A stretch of DNA of 36,597 nt from a virus. Lineage: Duplodnaviria > Caudoviricetes. Below the pieces are notes generated by a model. That model did no database searches. It had not been told where the DNA came from and saw only the letters and a program-made list of their open reading frames with translations. A program made the position numbers and the translations under genes. The stretch's first letter is position 1. Each line of letters begins with the position of its first letter. The stretch spans positions 1 through 36,597 of the IMG/VR virus record IMGVR_UViG_3300046786_000692; one strand, 5' to 3'. This document shows, in pieces, positions 1-9,321 of this stretch.

Positions 1-646
1 TGACGTTACTACCATTTACTGTGCCCGATGGTGTCTCATCGTATACAAACGAGCTTGATCCCTGCATGAATGCGGTAGTATTCGTCTCATAATCAACAAG
101 GAGGATGTCTCCAGTGACCGGAGCCACCGCCATTGTAAACCCTTGTGTACCCTCTGTGTAGTCTGTCGTGCCTCCCTTGAGCCGTATACCGTTGTGGTAT
201 ACCCGTAGGGAGCCTGGTTGGAATCGTGACGCTGTGGTGAATGCAGTATTGCTACTGTTGACTGCTCCTCCTGGTACCTCACCTCGTACCATGGAAGCTG
301 TGCCCATCCCTATAATATCTTCTATCGTCTTTGCCGTAAGATTGAGCGCTATTTGATCCCCCACTACTACTGTACGTGCACTCGTGCTCTCTTGTGTACG
401 GGTAATGGTGAAGGCAGTGTTCCCCCCTGATGGTGAGGCTTTCGCTGTGATGCGTACTATCTCTGCGTTTGCGGTCAGTGGCTTCGTTCCTGCGGGCCAT
501 ACAACCACGTTATATGCTCCTACCGTTGCGGGGTCAGGAAATACTGCTGCGTCTGCATCTGAAAGACTGAGGGAGGTTCCTGATGTTGCAGGAGAAGGAG
601 CTACGCTAACAACACCGTAGACAAAATTCTTAACATAATCAGACAT
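1..646 (-). CDS. Tail fibre-like virion protein, 3' end beyond window (not in ORF track)
   Basis: Hand translation from ATG at 646: MSDYVKNFVYGVVSVAPSPATSGTSLSL...ITRTQESTSART...EVPGGAVNSSNTAFTTASRFQPGSLRVYHNGIRL...APVTGDILLVDY...ETPSGTVNGSNV, open to position 1; the E-x-P-x-G-x-VN-x-SN unit starts to repeat at the window edge. Confidence 0.75.
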   Translation of the reverse strand, partial: MSDYVKNFVYGVVSVAPSPATSGTSLSLSDADAAVFPDPATVGAYNVVVWPAGTKPLTANAEIVRITAKASPSGGNTAFTITRTQESTSARTVVVGDQIALNLTAKTIEDIIGMGTASMVRGEVPGGAVNSSNTAFTTASRFQPGSLRVYHNGIRLKGGTTDYTEGTQGFTMAVAPVTGDILLVDYETNTTAFMQGSSSFVYDETPSGTVNGSNV

Positions 647-661
647 AATTTGAATACAACT

Positions 662-1219
662 TTAGGTCATCTGTACTTTGTGTGTTATCGCCAAAGTGTC
701 ACCCGATACTACGTTTATTGCCGCAAATACATTTCGTGCAAGCAAGTTTCCGCCGGATGTGTTGTTGTCTAACAACCCCTCTTCTGTTACGGCGAATGAT
801 CCGGTGAAGGTGAACGTCTTGGCCCATTGTTCAGTATCGTTTGCTGTGGTTGTGGTTACATTAGTTACCGTGGCTGCGCCTCGTTGCCCACCATTGGTCG
901 TGATCTCACTTCCAAGGGCAGTATCAGCCGCATTTGCGGCAACCGCTCCTATACCGATTGCAATGGCTGTGACTGGCGCTGTGGTTGTGCCTCCAAGTTG
1001 TTTCGCGGTTATCTCCTTACCTTTGGTGACTATGAGGTTGTGGCGAATTATAGTCCCCGTATACATACCCGTGATGAAGGGAATCTGAACATCCTTTCCG
1101 GTCATCTTGTTAATAATCCTCCATAGCACATTCTCTTTGAATAATTTCTTTGCTACCCCGTGTTTATCAGCGAGGCTTACCTCTACGGTACCTTTTAGTT
1201 TTGTGTTGTCTTTGAACAT
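662..1219 (-). CDS. Virion structural protein (tail-associated)
   Basis: 185 aa, T/A/G-rich beta-type sequence (IAIGIG...DTALGSE...FTFTGSFAVTEEGL...GNLLAR) within the structural operon. Confidence 0.65.
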   Translation of the reverse strand: MFKDNTKLKGTVEVSLADKHGVAKKLFKENVLWRIINKMTGKDVQIPFITGMYTGTIIRHNLIVTKGKEITAKQLGGTTTAPVTAIAIGIGAVAANAADTALGSEITTNGGQRGAATVTNVTTTTANDTEQWAKTFTFTGSFAVTEEGLLDNNTSGGNLLARNVFAAINVVSGDTLAITHKVQMT

Positions 1220-1233
1220 AGTTGAAATAATGA

Positions 1234-1959
1234 TTAGTAATTGAACCCGTTGTCTCCCGTTTGCGCGCTACTTGGTTGTCGTGCGACAATTACTCGAGAA
1301 AGGTTTGGATTGCGTATTGAGTTGATCGCATTCTGATAGTCTACTGCAAACGTCTTCTCACTGCCGGTTAATGGAATAGGTCTATCTGCGAGCTCCTTCC
1401 ATTCTATTATAACTCGTGTTGCGAGTAATTTGTGGAATGCTCGAGGGAATCCATGCGTAGTAGTGCTTGGGTCTATGCTCATATCTGTGGAGCCCGATAG
1501 ACTTGTGAGGTGAGCGGGCCATGAGAAAGCCCAGAGCTTGAGACCGCCTGTTACGTCTATTACTGCTCCTGAGTAGAGCCACAATGACCCCCTGAAGAGA
1601 TCATACTTTGCGCTCCCCTGTGAGTTGCTGAATGCTCCAACAATCGCATCTTCTCCTGTAGTGCCTCTGTAGTTCAAGAGATCAAGCTCAGAGAGAGGTA
1701 TCCAGTTCACACCATCGAGCTTTGCTTCAACATACTTGATCTGATTCAATAGGTCTGCCGGCAAAGGATATTCCCTCTGATTTACCACAAGGTCTGTAGT
1801 CTGTGGCATCCCGAAGTAGTCTTCGTTTACCTTGAGAATATCCTTCGCAAACTCATCTATGAATATATTCGACACAAGCATTATGTTTGCATCGGTAAAG
1901 GTCGTTGAATTTGTCCGTGTTTTAAGACGGATATAATTTGCGTACTCTTGTTGTGTCAT
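1234..1959 (-). CDS. Head-tail adaptor/connector-like protein
   Basis: About 241 aa; DLVVNQREYPLPAD and FPRAFHKLLA patterns typical of podovirus adaptor proteins; position after capsid genes; ATG at 1959 preferred to TTG at 1965. Confidence 0.6.
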   Translation of the reverse strand: MTQQEYANYIRLKTRTNSTTFTDANIMLVSNIFIDEFAKDILKVNEDYFGMPQTTDLVVNQREYPLPADLLNQIKYVEAKLDGVNWIPLSELDLLNYRGTTGEDAIVGAFSNSQGSAKYDLFRGSLWLYSGAVIDVTGGLKLWAFSWPAHLTSLSGSTDMSIDPSTTTHGFPRAFHKLLATRVIIEWKELADRPIPLTGSEKTFAVDYQNAINSIRNPNLSRVIVARQPSSAQTGDNGFNY

Positions 1960-2003
1960 AGACAATACTTCAAATAGTAAATTCTACTATTTGTTGTATC
2001 TGC

Positions 2004-2537
2004 TTAGCTTAGAGCTTGATTGACCGCTTCGTCCCTATCAACCAACATGTCTTTTCCTGCTGAGCTCGTTATATTAAAATGAGCTGAGAGCAGTTCAAAC
2101 ACGGTCTGTGGAACTGAGATCATCTGACCCTTTGGATATACAAATACAACACCGTTGATACCAACCTCATGCGTGCCTCCTGGCTTCTCGTTTATACCAA
2201 GGGGAATCATCATTGCAAACTTTGGTTGTGCGTTCAGCTTCTCGACAAGTGCTTCTCTTTGGCTTTTACTTGCGAGCTCTATCCTCTTCATCTCTTCCTG
2301 TGGTGATAGTGCTGGTGTTTTACCAGATTTCTTATCCATAGAGTCCAATCTGTTTTCGAGTTTTTCAATCAAACGTGCCTGTGACTTTACAAGGTCTTCG
2401 AGAGATGATGGTTCTTTGTCTTCTGATGTGTTGTCTGTGCCTGCGGCTTTGTCTGTTGTTACGACCTTATCCTCATTTTTTTTAACATTATCAGGAGTAC
2501 TAAAGTCATCCGGTTTGATCTGTTTGTGACCTGCCAT
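2004..2537 (-). CDS. Hypothetical head-region protein
   Basis: 177 aa, coiled-coil N-half and VGINGVVFVYPKGQMISVP C-domain; AT-rich leader. Confidence 0.7.
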   Translation of the reverse strand: MAGHKQIKPDDFSTPDNVKKNEDKVVTTDKAAGTDNTSEDKEPSSLEDLVKSQARLIEKLENRLDSMDKKSGKTPALSPQEEMKRIELASKSQREALVEKLNAQPKFAMMIPLGINEKPGGTHEVGINGVVFVYPKGQMISVPQTVFELLSAHFNITSSAGKDMLVDRDEAVNQALS

Positions 2538-2575
2538 AAAAATATAAAATAAAAATAATAAATACCAATATTTAC

Positions 2576-3085
2576 TTACTGAACTGCACTGAACTTGGGC
2601 GCGAGGTATCCGAGATTGACATAGGTCACGGTAAGGTGTCCTGCATCAAGATCGTCTGTGGTTGCATTAAACAGTGTGGCTCCTGCCGCTACTGCTACTC
2701 TCACGTATCCAACGGGTGTCTTTCCGGTAGGAACCTCTGGAATCAAAGCTGTTCCTGCTCCTGTCGCAATTGTCCCCATAGTGAGTGTGGGAGTACCATC
2801 TGCAATCAAGCTCAAAAGATATACCGCTTCCTGCACTGATGCTGCGTTTGGAGCAATATCATGTGTCGTTGCGGTGAATGCTACCTCTGCTGTCGTTTTA
2901 GCCTTAAATACTCCATTGTGGAGATAGTTAATGGTCGAGGCAATCTTTATTTCTTTCTTGCTTGTAGAGCCTATCACGAGTCCACCTGTTGAAAGGGCGC
3001 GATAAAGCATACTGGTGTGTATCTGATCGAAACCATCCATGATGTTTTGATCGTATCCTGCGTACTTTGCGTCTTTAGCTAACAT
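2576..3085 (-). CDS. Putative capsid decoration/minor head protein
   Basis: 169 aa, A/T/G-rich, directly downstream of the major capsid gene; function inferred from position. Confidence 0.55.
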   Translation of the reverse strand: MLAKDAKYAGYDQNIMDGFDQIHTSMLYRALSTGGLVIGSTSKKEIKIASTINYLHNGVFKAKTTAEVAFTATTHDIAPNAASVQEAVYLLSLIADGTPTLTMGTIATGAGTALIPEVPTGKTPVGYVRVAVAAGATLFNATTDDLDAGHLTVTYVNLGYLAPKFSAVQ

Positions 3086-3109
3086 AGTTGTATGTGTAAA
3101 TTTTTAATT

Positions 3110-3140
3110 ATGGGGGATAACCTTATTAGCTACCCCCCAT
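3110..3140 (-). other. Stem-loop after the major capsid gene
   Basis: ATGGGGGGTAGC-TAATAAG-GTTATCCCCCAT pairs with G-U on the minus strand; no U-tract, so more likely an mRNA stabiliser or weak terminator. Confidence 0.6.
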
Positions 3141-3153
3141 GTGAAAAGAGTCA

Positions 3154-4125
3154 TTAAACAAGCGCGTGCTCGAGTCTCAAGAGATAAAGCTGTTGCAATA
3201 TCGCTGCTCCAAAGGTTGCTTTCCAACCTGAAGACCATCTTTGGTTGAGTGGGTCAGTTGTACCCGCACTTCCAAGAGGTTTAACGATGTTGTGCATTGC
3301 TTCACCTGAGATACGAGAGATACCGTAAGCATCGGCTCCGAGAATCAGCGTGGAGTACACGTCGATTGCTCCATTGCCACCTGCGGTAAATACTTTCGCT
3401 TGTGTGGTCTCAACGAATCGAATCTCATCAAACTTTCCTACTTCACCTGGCATCACGTCAGCCTTATTTGCATAAAGCTCAACTGGTGTCCAACCCACGA
3501 CGCTTTTCAGAGCATAGGTTGTGTTTGGGTGAATAATTCCAACGTAACAAGCGTTGACTGGCGTGGTCGCATATCCTGTATCTGGTGACACAAGACGTGT
3601 GATCTTCTTAACGTTGTTGCGCTTCATGGTACGAACAGCAATTCTCAGTTCGTCAATAGCGAGTATGTCTCCGGCTGAAACGTCTGTGCGTGCAGCATTA
3701 ATCTTTGGAGAGGAAACGTCTACATACTGTACGTTTGTACCTGCATTCATAACGGTTGCGAGCAGTGTGTCAAGAGACAACCCTGCCTGTTCTCCAAGCA
3801 CCTCTGCCGCTTCAACAAGCACAGCATCGGGTGAAGTGAAGTCAACCCAATCAGATCCCAATATGAAGTCACCATACTGTTGTACGGTTGTGGTAACGTC
3901 AGTCACGGAAAGAGTCTTTCCGGCTGGTGTCACACCTTCTGTAAGGGGGGTAACACTTGCAGCGAGAGCCCCAAACTTTCTGAACTTAATGATATTCGTA
4001 CTGTTCTTCGGAATATCTTTAATTTGGGCCCACTTGTCGTGGACTAGTAATGGCAACGCTCTTTCGAGAGTTGTTCGAGAGTATATATTACTCACTGGAT
4101 ATGGTACTTGTGCTACTCCGTTCAT
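3154..4125 (-). CDS. Major capsid protein, N4-gp56 family (HK97 fold)
   Basis: 323 aa; PLTEGVTPAG, QQYGDF, GEQAGLSLD, GEVGKFDEIRFVET, GSAGTTDPLNQR..GWK motifs. Confidence 0.92.
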   Translation of the reverse strand: MNGVAQVPYPVSNIYSRTTLERALPLLVHDKWAQIKDIPKNSTNIIKFRKFGALAASVTPLTEGVTPAGKTLSVTDVTTTVQQYGDFILGSDWVDFTSPDAVLVEAAEVLGEQAGLSLDTLLATVMNAGTNVQYVDVSSPKINAARTDVSAGDILAIDELRIAVRTMKRNNVKKITRLVSPDTGYATTPVNACYVGIIHPNTTYALKSVVGWTPVELYANKADVMPGEVGKFDEIRFVETTQAKVFTAGGNGAIDVYSTLILGADAYGISRISGEAMHNIVKPLGSAGTTDPLNQRWSSGWKATFGAAILQQLYLLRLEHALV

Positions 4126-4143
4126 AGTAAAAAATTAAATAAT

Positions 4144-4202
4144 AAAAAAAGCGCTCATTCCTTCAGATCAGACATTTAGTCTAATCTCAAGAAACAAGCG
4201 CT
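4144..4202 (-). terminator. Intrinsic terminator/attenuator in the capsid gene leader
   Basis: About 23-bp stem AGCGCTTGTTTCTT-G-AGATTAGAC / GTCTGATCT-G-AAGGAATGAGCGCT with G-U pairs, then a U-tract about 20 nt before the capsid ATG. Confidence 0.8.
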
Positions 4203-4215
4203 CGGTATTTCCGTT
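4200..4215 (-). promoter_or_regulatory. Leader motif AACGGAAATACCGAGC, copy 1
   Basis: Exact 16-nt match to 22494-22509; mini-hairpin CGG-AAATA-CCG overlapping the 5' arm of the terminator. Confidence 0.8.
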
Positions 4216-4260
4216 GTCGCAAGTTGTTCGGGCTACACTACGCCCGCATCACTGTTATAT

Positions 4261-4288
4261 ATAGTACACACTTTCTGAGCTCTGTCAA
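4261..4288 (-). promoter_or_regulatory. Sigma70-type promoter for the capsid operon
   Basis: TTGACA-16 nt-TACTAT. Confidence 0.7.
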
Positions 4289-4312
4289 TGGGATGCGCCC
4301 ATTTTGTAATGA

Positions 4313-4858
4313 TTACACCTTGAACTTCACCTTCCCTGACTTTATTCCCTGTATCATGGTAGAGAACTCGTCCTTACTCATGGTAGACACGTCCGGCACT
4401 GATCCTGACTCGTCACCACCACGCGCTGCATTACCTGTGGACGCGGCTGTTGAGCCTGCCTTTGCCTTCGCCTTTGCCTCATCTGACATCTTGGCGCCTA
4501 TGTTGAGCAGTGCTTTACCTGCAACTGCATGTGCTACTGCTTCAACTGACATGTTGCGGGCCCGTTTATCTAATGCAAACTCTTTGATCTTCGCTTCATA
4601 CGGTCTGAGTAATGCTCCTACCTCTGTTTGGAAAAAGGTCTCGAGCTCTGCTTTACGCTCAGTCAGTTGTATTTTCTCTTGAATGGGAGCTATTGCGCTG
4701 TTGATTGTTGTACGTACCTCATCATCCCCTGACCCCTCATCGTCTTTCCCTTTCTTGTCATCCCCTGCTCCTGCTTCTTCCGGATCGAGAGTGAATGGAT
4801 TTATAATTTCCTCTATCTTTGGCGCTTCGCCTTCTCCTGTTTTTGGTTTTTCTTCCAT
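4313..4858 (-). CDS. Capsid scaffolding protein (putative)
   Basis: Acidic disordered N-terminus, helical core, C-terminal VSTMSKDEF motif; between portal and capsid; start reassigned to MEEKPK at 4858. Confidence 0.7.
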   Translation of the reverse strand: MEEKPKTGEGEAPKIEEIINPFTLDPEEAGAGDDKKGKDDEGSGDDEVRTTINSAIAPIQEKIQLTERKAELETFFQTEVGALLRPYEAKIKEFALDKRARNMSVEAVAHAVAGKALLNIGAKMSDEAKAKAKAGSTAASTGNAARGGDESGSVPDVSTMSKDEFSTMIQGIKSGKVKFKV

Positions 4859-4880
4859 GTTGTGAATATAAAATGATAAA

Positions 4881-5168
4881 TTAGTTGTAAGGATCGAACT
4901 GTTTGTCATCAAATGGTGTTCGTTGGTAGTGTTTTATGAGTTTGCCTGGAATCTCAATGAGCTTTAGTAGGTAGGTGCGCTTGAGTTTGAGTGTCTTCTC
5001 ACCTTCTGGAGTGAGCCCCTCGTCGTTGAATATCATTTCTTCAATAAGCTTTATGTTTTCCTTCAGAACAGTGCAGATGTGTGTCCATCCCTCAATAGCC
5101 TGTAGTTGAGCGAGAGCCATTATCGCTCTGTCCCTTACTTGTTGTACGTCAGTAGGTTTGGTGTCCAT
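4881..5168 (-). CDS. Small helical protein after the portal
   Basis: 95 aa, L-x-x-L-x-x-x-EGW pattern common after podovirus portals. Confidence 0.65.
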   Translation of the reverse strand: MDTKPTDVQQVRDRAIMALAQLQAIEGWTHICTVLKENIKLIEEMIFNDEGLTPEGEKTLKLKRTYLLKLIEIPGKLIKHYQRTPFDDKQFDPYN

Positions 5169-5204
5169 ATATTATGTATATGAGAGCATCATACAATGTC
5201 TCCA

Positions 5205-7295
5205 TTACCTTTGCAATGGCTGTCGTGGTGATACTGCCTGTGCTGATCTGCGACCAGACAGGAGTAAGTTTGCCTGCTCAGGATTTCCCTGTTGGGCTGC
5301 TTGTTCTTCCGGTGATGGCTTGGGGAATGCGTCAGGGTTTTCTTTCTTGAGCCTCATCTTCTCTTTGTGGGTCTCAATGTGAGCATAGGCGGCGGGGGTA
5401 TCTGCTGCCTTACCATGTATCTCAAGGTGGATCATGTCATTATCTGATGCCATGACACGTTGTAGTATGTTCTTATTCAGGTTCTCGTTCTCCTTCTCTG
5501 CCTGCCATTCGTCAGTTACCCTAGGTAAGAGTAGGTCTACCACCTCTTTCTTAAATCCATGCAGTCTCCCAAGCTTCCTCAATGCAAAACGTTTGTTTGC
5601 GCTTGGATCCATGAGAAGAAGTGCTGTGTAGTCTTTGAACTCTGCGAGCTCCTTCATTCTCTTTGCTTCCTGGAGTATGAATGAATTGATGGTAATATCA
5701 GGGTCTTTCTCACCATTGAGTATGATATTCTCTCTTGTTATCTCACGGAGCTGAGTACCAAGCGCGCCCTCTATCCTCATTGATTTCTTCTGTGCAAGGC
5801 TGAAGTGCTCTTTGTACATGTCATACCATCTAATCCAAAACCTGCGCTCACTCCAACCAAATATCTTTGCAGAGAGTGAGTATCGGGTGTCTACCTTTGC
5901 AGCCACTATATTGAGCTCACCAAGGGTACGTTGATCTTTTGATATGACACCCTGTTGTAGTTCGGGTGTTGCAGTGGCTCGCTGGGCCCCTTGATCCAAG
6001 AACTCCATGACATAGCTTATGGCATTTGCCTCGAAGGGTGTCTTTGGTATTGGTCTAATGGCACGATCTATATTACCTTTGCCTGGAATGAACCTGTTGA
6101 AGTCTACATTCTCAAGGTCTGCTTTGTTGGTGATGATGTCCTGGTCATATATGTAGCTTGGGAAGAATCGATACTTTGCTTCTTTGACTACGAGGTTTTG
6201 AATAACTGCCCTCATGCGCTGTTTATCTTCAATAAGGTCTGGTACTGATACTCCATCCCATGAGTGAGCCATTGGATAAATCGTCCTGTCGATGATGGGC
6301 CACTTCTTCGTCTTTATGATGGTGTACCGGACAACTAACGAGAGTGATTGATTGAGCTCGACGATACACTTTGTATATTTTTTGGTCTTCGGGTCTTTCC
6401 AATACGTAAGCCATTGCATAAGCCTATACTGATTATTGGCTCCCAGGTCTTTATTACCTGTTGTTTGTGGCTCAATACCCATTGCATCCTTGCGCTGTTT
6501 TTGAGCTTCATCAAAGAGTGACTTTGGGTTTGATCCGGTTGATCCTGGAGCACCCGATCCTGGAGTGCCTGTTGCTGAAGTAACATTGTCTAGTTTCAAC
6601 TTGTCTAGGTCGAAAAATGAACCATTGTCCTCCATCTCTGGCATTGTGCGTAGTATCTCTCGTCCACCAAAGCGCATAGCACCTATACCAAGCTTATTGC
6701 CATTGACTGACCACGCGTCGGGGTCTCTCTCCCATGTGGTGGGGTCAATGAGCTCAGGTATAGGGGTGTTTGTCTCAGTGTCCCAATGGGTCATGAATGC
6801 AAGGGCACGACCAAAGAAGCTTGCATCCCAATTCCACTCGTAGTCGAAGATGTCCTTTTCCATTTCAATAGAGTCATTCTCTGCAAGGTTGTGGAGGTTG
6901 TTTGCCACGTCTTCGTCTCCGTATCCTGTGGTGAAGTCTACCGTGAGTCTGTCATCGTAGAGTGATGCGAGGATTGTCTGATGCACGGTGAAGAGAAGAT
7001 GGTCTCCAACCGCGTCGTCATCCCTACGCTGGTTGTTATATAGCTTGAGTCTCTTCAGATTCTTCTGCATCTTAGGAAGCATGGAGTCGAAAGAGTAGTT
7101 ATGTTCAGCTTGTATTTGTGGGAGAAGATCCTTAAAGTCTTCTTGTTTGTACCCCGTCTGGTCTTCCACTGCCAGGGGAGCAGATTTAACCGGCTTTGAT
7201 CCGTTTTCAGACTTGGTGATCTGTGGTACGTTTTCAGTAGGTTGTTCGGCTGTAGCCTGTGGCATTGGTGCCTGAGCGAGTTGTTGTGTGTCCAT
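5205..7295 (-). CDS. Portal protein (P22-like)
   Basis: 696 aa after the terminase; WDGVSVPDLIEDKQR, ELQQG...RTLGE patterns; Q/P-rich termini. Confidence 0.85.
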   Translation of the reverse strand: MDTQQLAQAPMPQATAEQPTENVPQITKSENGSKPVKSAPLAVEDQTGYKQEDFKDLLPQIQAEHNYSFDSMLPKMQKNLKRLKLYNNQRRDDDAVGDHLLFTVHQTILASLYDDRLTVDFTTGYGDEDVANNLHNLAENDSIEMEKDIFDYEWNWDASFFGRALAFMTHWDTETNTPIPELIDPTTWERDPDAWSVNGNKLGIGAMRFGGREILRTMPEMEDNGSFFDLDKLKLDNVTSATGTPGSGAPGSTGSNPKSLFDEAQKQRKDAMGIEPQTTGNKDLGANNQYRLMQWLTYWKDPKTKKYTKCIVELNQSLSLVVRYTIIKTKKWPIIDRTIYPMAHSWDGVSVPDLIEDKQRMRAVIQNLVVKEAKYRFFPSYIYDQDIITNKADLENVDFNRFIPGKGNIDRAIRPIPKTPFEANAISYVMEFLDQGAQRATATPELQQGVISKDQRTLGELNIVAAKVDTRYSLSAKIFGWSERRFWIRWYDMYKEHFSLAQKKSMRIEGALGTQLREITRENIILNGEKDPDITINSFILQEAKRMKELAEFKDYTALLLMDPSANKRFALRKLGRLHGFKKEVVDLLLPRVTDEWQAEKENENLNKNILQRVMASDNDMIHLEIHGKAADTPAAYAHIETHKEKMRLKKENPDAFPKPSPEEQAAQQGNPEQANLLLSGRRSAQAVSPRQPLQR

Positions 7296-7306
7296 AGGTT
7301 AGTGTG

Positions 7307-7582
7307 TTAATCCTCTACTATTTTACCTTCCCTTGCAGCCGCGTACATCTTCTTGAATGGTATCTTCTTTCCGTCTTTCTTGACTTCGACGACACTTTCA
7401 ATGTCAAATTCACCCATGATTATCTCTCCTTCCCTTCCTGGCATGCTTGGCTCTACCATGTTGTAATTTGGGCCTTGACGTAGTGATGTTAGTTCAACCT
7501 CTATCTGTAGGGTATATTTCTCTCCAACCTTAAACTCATTGAGCTTGTTTATGTCTTTTTGAGACAATGTGAGATATGACAT
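7307..7582 (-). CDS. Hypothetical protein
   Basis: 91 aa, beta-rich (FKVGEKYTLQIEVELTS); own promoter immediately upstream. Confidence 0.65.
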   Translation of the reverse strand: MSYLTLSQKDINKLNEFKVGEKYTLQIEVELTSLRQGPNYNMVEPSMPGREGEIIMGEFDIESVVEVKKDGKKIPFKKMYAAAREGKIVED

Positions 7583-7590
7583 ATCCTTAC

Positions 7591-7599
7591 ATTATACCA
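7591..7599 (-). promoter_or_regulatory. Extended -10 promoter, near-leaderless transcript
   Basis: TGgTATAAT ending 8 nt before the ATG at 7582. Confidence 0.6.
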
Positions 7600-7600
7600 A

Positions 7601-7813
7601 CTACACACCTTTTTTGATGTATGATTTTACGTCGTCAAGTTCTACATAGTCGTTCGGGTTGATTGCTTCTGACCCCTCAGTGATTATCCTTCGTGGCTCA
7701 CCATCCATTTTGTGTACCTTGAATATGCCATACTGATATTTGCGCATCTTGGCTATCATTGCAGCCTCATAAAATGACACGGTGATGGTGATTGTTTTTT
7801 TCTTTTGTTCCAT
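7601..7813 (-). CDS. Small DUF2292/YezD-like protein
   Basis: 70 aa; helix-YG-strand-DG-strand pattern EAAMIAKMRKYQYGIFKVHKMDGEPRRI; start overlaps the TerL stop; family call by eye. Confidence 0.5.
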   Translation of the reverse strand: MEQKKKTITITVSFYEAAMIAKMRKYQYGIFKVHKMDGEPRRIITEGSEAINPNDYVELDDVKSYIKKGV

Positions 7814-9321
7814 TATTTGTACGGGTCAAGATTAGTAATACCACCTGGAGTGCTAACCTGTCCCATTGATAATGGAGAGTGTACCACTGACTTTATTACC
7901 GGCATCTCTTCAAATTGTGGGTTTTCAAGGAGTACTCTGCCTATGTTTTCCATGAAATGGTCGTCTTTATCCATTGCAACTTCTTTAGGATTCTTCTGTT
8001 GTGACTGCTTACCCCTCCAGTCATCCCATTGCCAATGAGTAAACTCGAATATGTGGCGCTGACAAGTTTCAAACACAAATAATCGTGGTGGTACGACAAG
8101 ATACCCATCCTTCTCCTGGTAGTTGAGCTCGTTACGGGTGAGCTTAATAGCATCTGTCCGGCGCTTGGAGCCTGGATGGTATAACAGTCCTGCGTTTGCA
8201 AGCCTCTTTGCAAATGAGTTTACGTGCGCTTGGTCGTGTTGATTCTCTATGAAAGCCGATTGATCGAGAATACGTCGTATGATCCGGTAGTTTGCTTCCT
8301 TACTCTTTATGAGCTCGACAAGTTCATCCTCCTCGTAGTTGCCCCATATCTCGTCTACTATGATCTTCCTACCCGACCTGTCGATTGCAACGAAGCTGAT
8401 CGCATCCTTCGTACGTGGGTGATAATCAAAAGCCTCAACCACTACCCAATCCTTTTTCTTTATGGGGAATGGGGTTAGTTCGTGTACCTTTTTAGTGTAG
8501 TTCTTAAATATGAGCCCGATCAAGTGTTGAAACTTGCCAAACACACGGGCCTGCATGTCTTCAGGATCGTACTGTGCGATCATACGCATGATATTGTCAT
8601 GCTTCAAGAAGCCTCGTACCCCATGTTCTTCACATGCTGACTCTACATCTGCCTCTACAAATGACCGGAAGCCTGCCTCGTTGTTAGGATTAGTGATAAT
8701 CTCGTCGTACATCCATGCAGAGCCGGTGAGCGGAGTAGCGGTGATAAATGATGTTCCTCCTGCTCTCAGACGTGCAATAGACGCCTTGTAGATCATATAG
8801 GGCGGTGGCTCATCAAACCATATAAGCCCGAGAGTAGCTCCTTCGAACTGTGTGGGGTCTTGCTCATACGTCATGACCGATATTTCCCATCCAGTATCCG
8901 TTGTCCACTTAGACTCGTATTGCTTCCCTCCCTTGGTAGTTTGGTATTTCTTGTGAGTATCAAACCTACCCCTGGGGAAGTACTCTTTCATCTTCGGTAT
9001 GATGTTGTCTGCAATAACGGCAGGATCAGAGATGATACGGATGGTCTTTGGATATGGCCAGTTGAGTATGAGGTCTTGCTGAAAGAATGGATTGCCACAG
9101 GGCCATATCAAATTTGCTATGAAGTTCACACCCAACAATGACTTACCTATACCGTTTGCCGCCGATATGAGGGAGACAATGTATTTGTTGGAGGCTATGT
9201 TGTTTATATACTCCTCACCCTTACCAGTAGGGACGAAGTATCGATACTTCTCATGCTCCCACCGGTAGATGACTGTCTCATCAAGTTTTCTTAGCTCTTG
9301 GGCTAGATTTGCTTCGTGCAT
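7813..9321 (-). CDS. terL: Terminase large subunit
   Basis: Walker A AANGIGKS, Walker B LIWFDEPP, TATP coupling motif, RNase H-like nuclease acidic residues (FDYHPR, DKDDHFME). Confidence 0.93.
   Translation of the reverse strand: MHEANLAQELRKLDETVIYRWEHEKYRYFVPTGKGEEYINNIASNKYIVSLISAANGIGKSLLGVNFIANLIWPCGNPFFQQDLILNWPYPKTIRIISDPAVIADNIIPKMKEYFPRGRFDTHKKYQTTKGGKQYESKWTTDTGWEISVMTYEQDPTQFEGATLGLIWFDEPPPYMIYKASIARLRAGGTSFITATPLTGSAWMYDEIITNPNNEAGFRSFVEADVESACEEHGVRGFLKHDNIMRMIAQYDPEDMQARVFGKFQHLIGLIFKNYTKKVHELTPFPIKKKDWVVVEAFDYHPRTKDAISFVAIDRSGRKIIVDEIWGNYEEDELVELIKSKEANYRIIRRILDQSAFIENQHDQAHVNSFAKRLANAGLLYHPGSKRRTDAIKLTRNELNYQEKDGYLVVPPRLFVFETCQRHIFEFTHWQWDDWRGKQSQQKNPKEVAMDKDDHFMENIGRVLLENPQFEEMPVIKSVVHSPLSMGQVSTPGGITNLDPYK

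Noticed and set aside
16-620. ORF-track calls 16-282, 168-356, 279-500 and 384-620
   Set aside because: All overlap the open frame 646 to <1, which has clear tail-fibre character.
6532-6570. GATCCTGGAG repeats in the portal gene
   Set aside because: Encodes a G/S/P low-complexity loop (TPGSGAPGSTGS); protein-level explanation.
9281-9321. TerS/TerL overlap as a programmed frameshift fusion
   Set aside because: TerL has its own ATG, and short terS-terL overlaps are ordinary.
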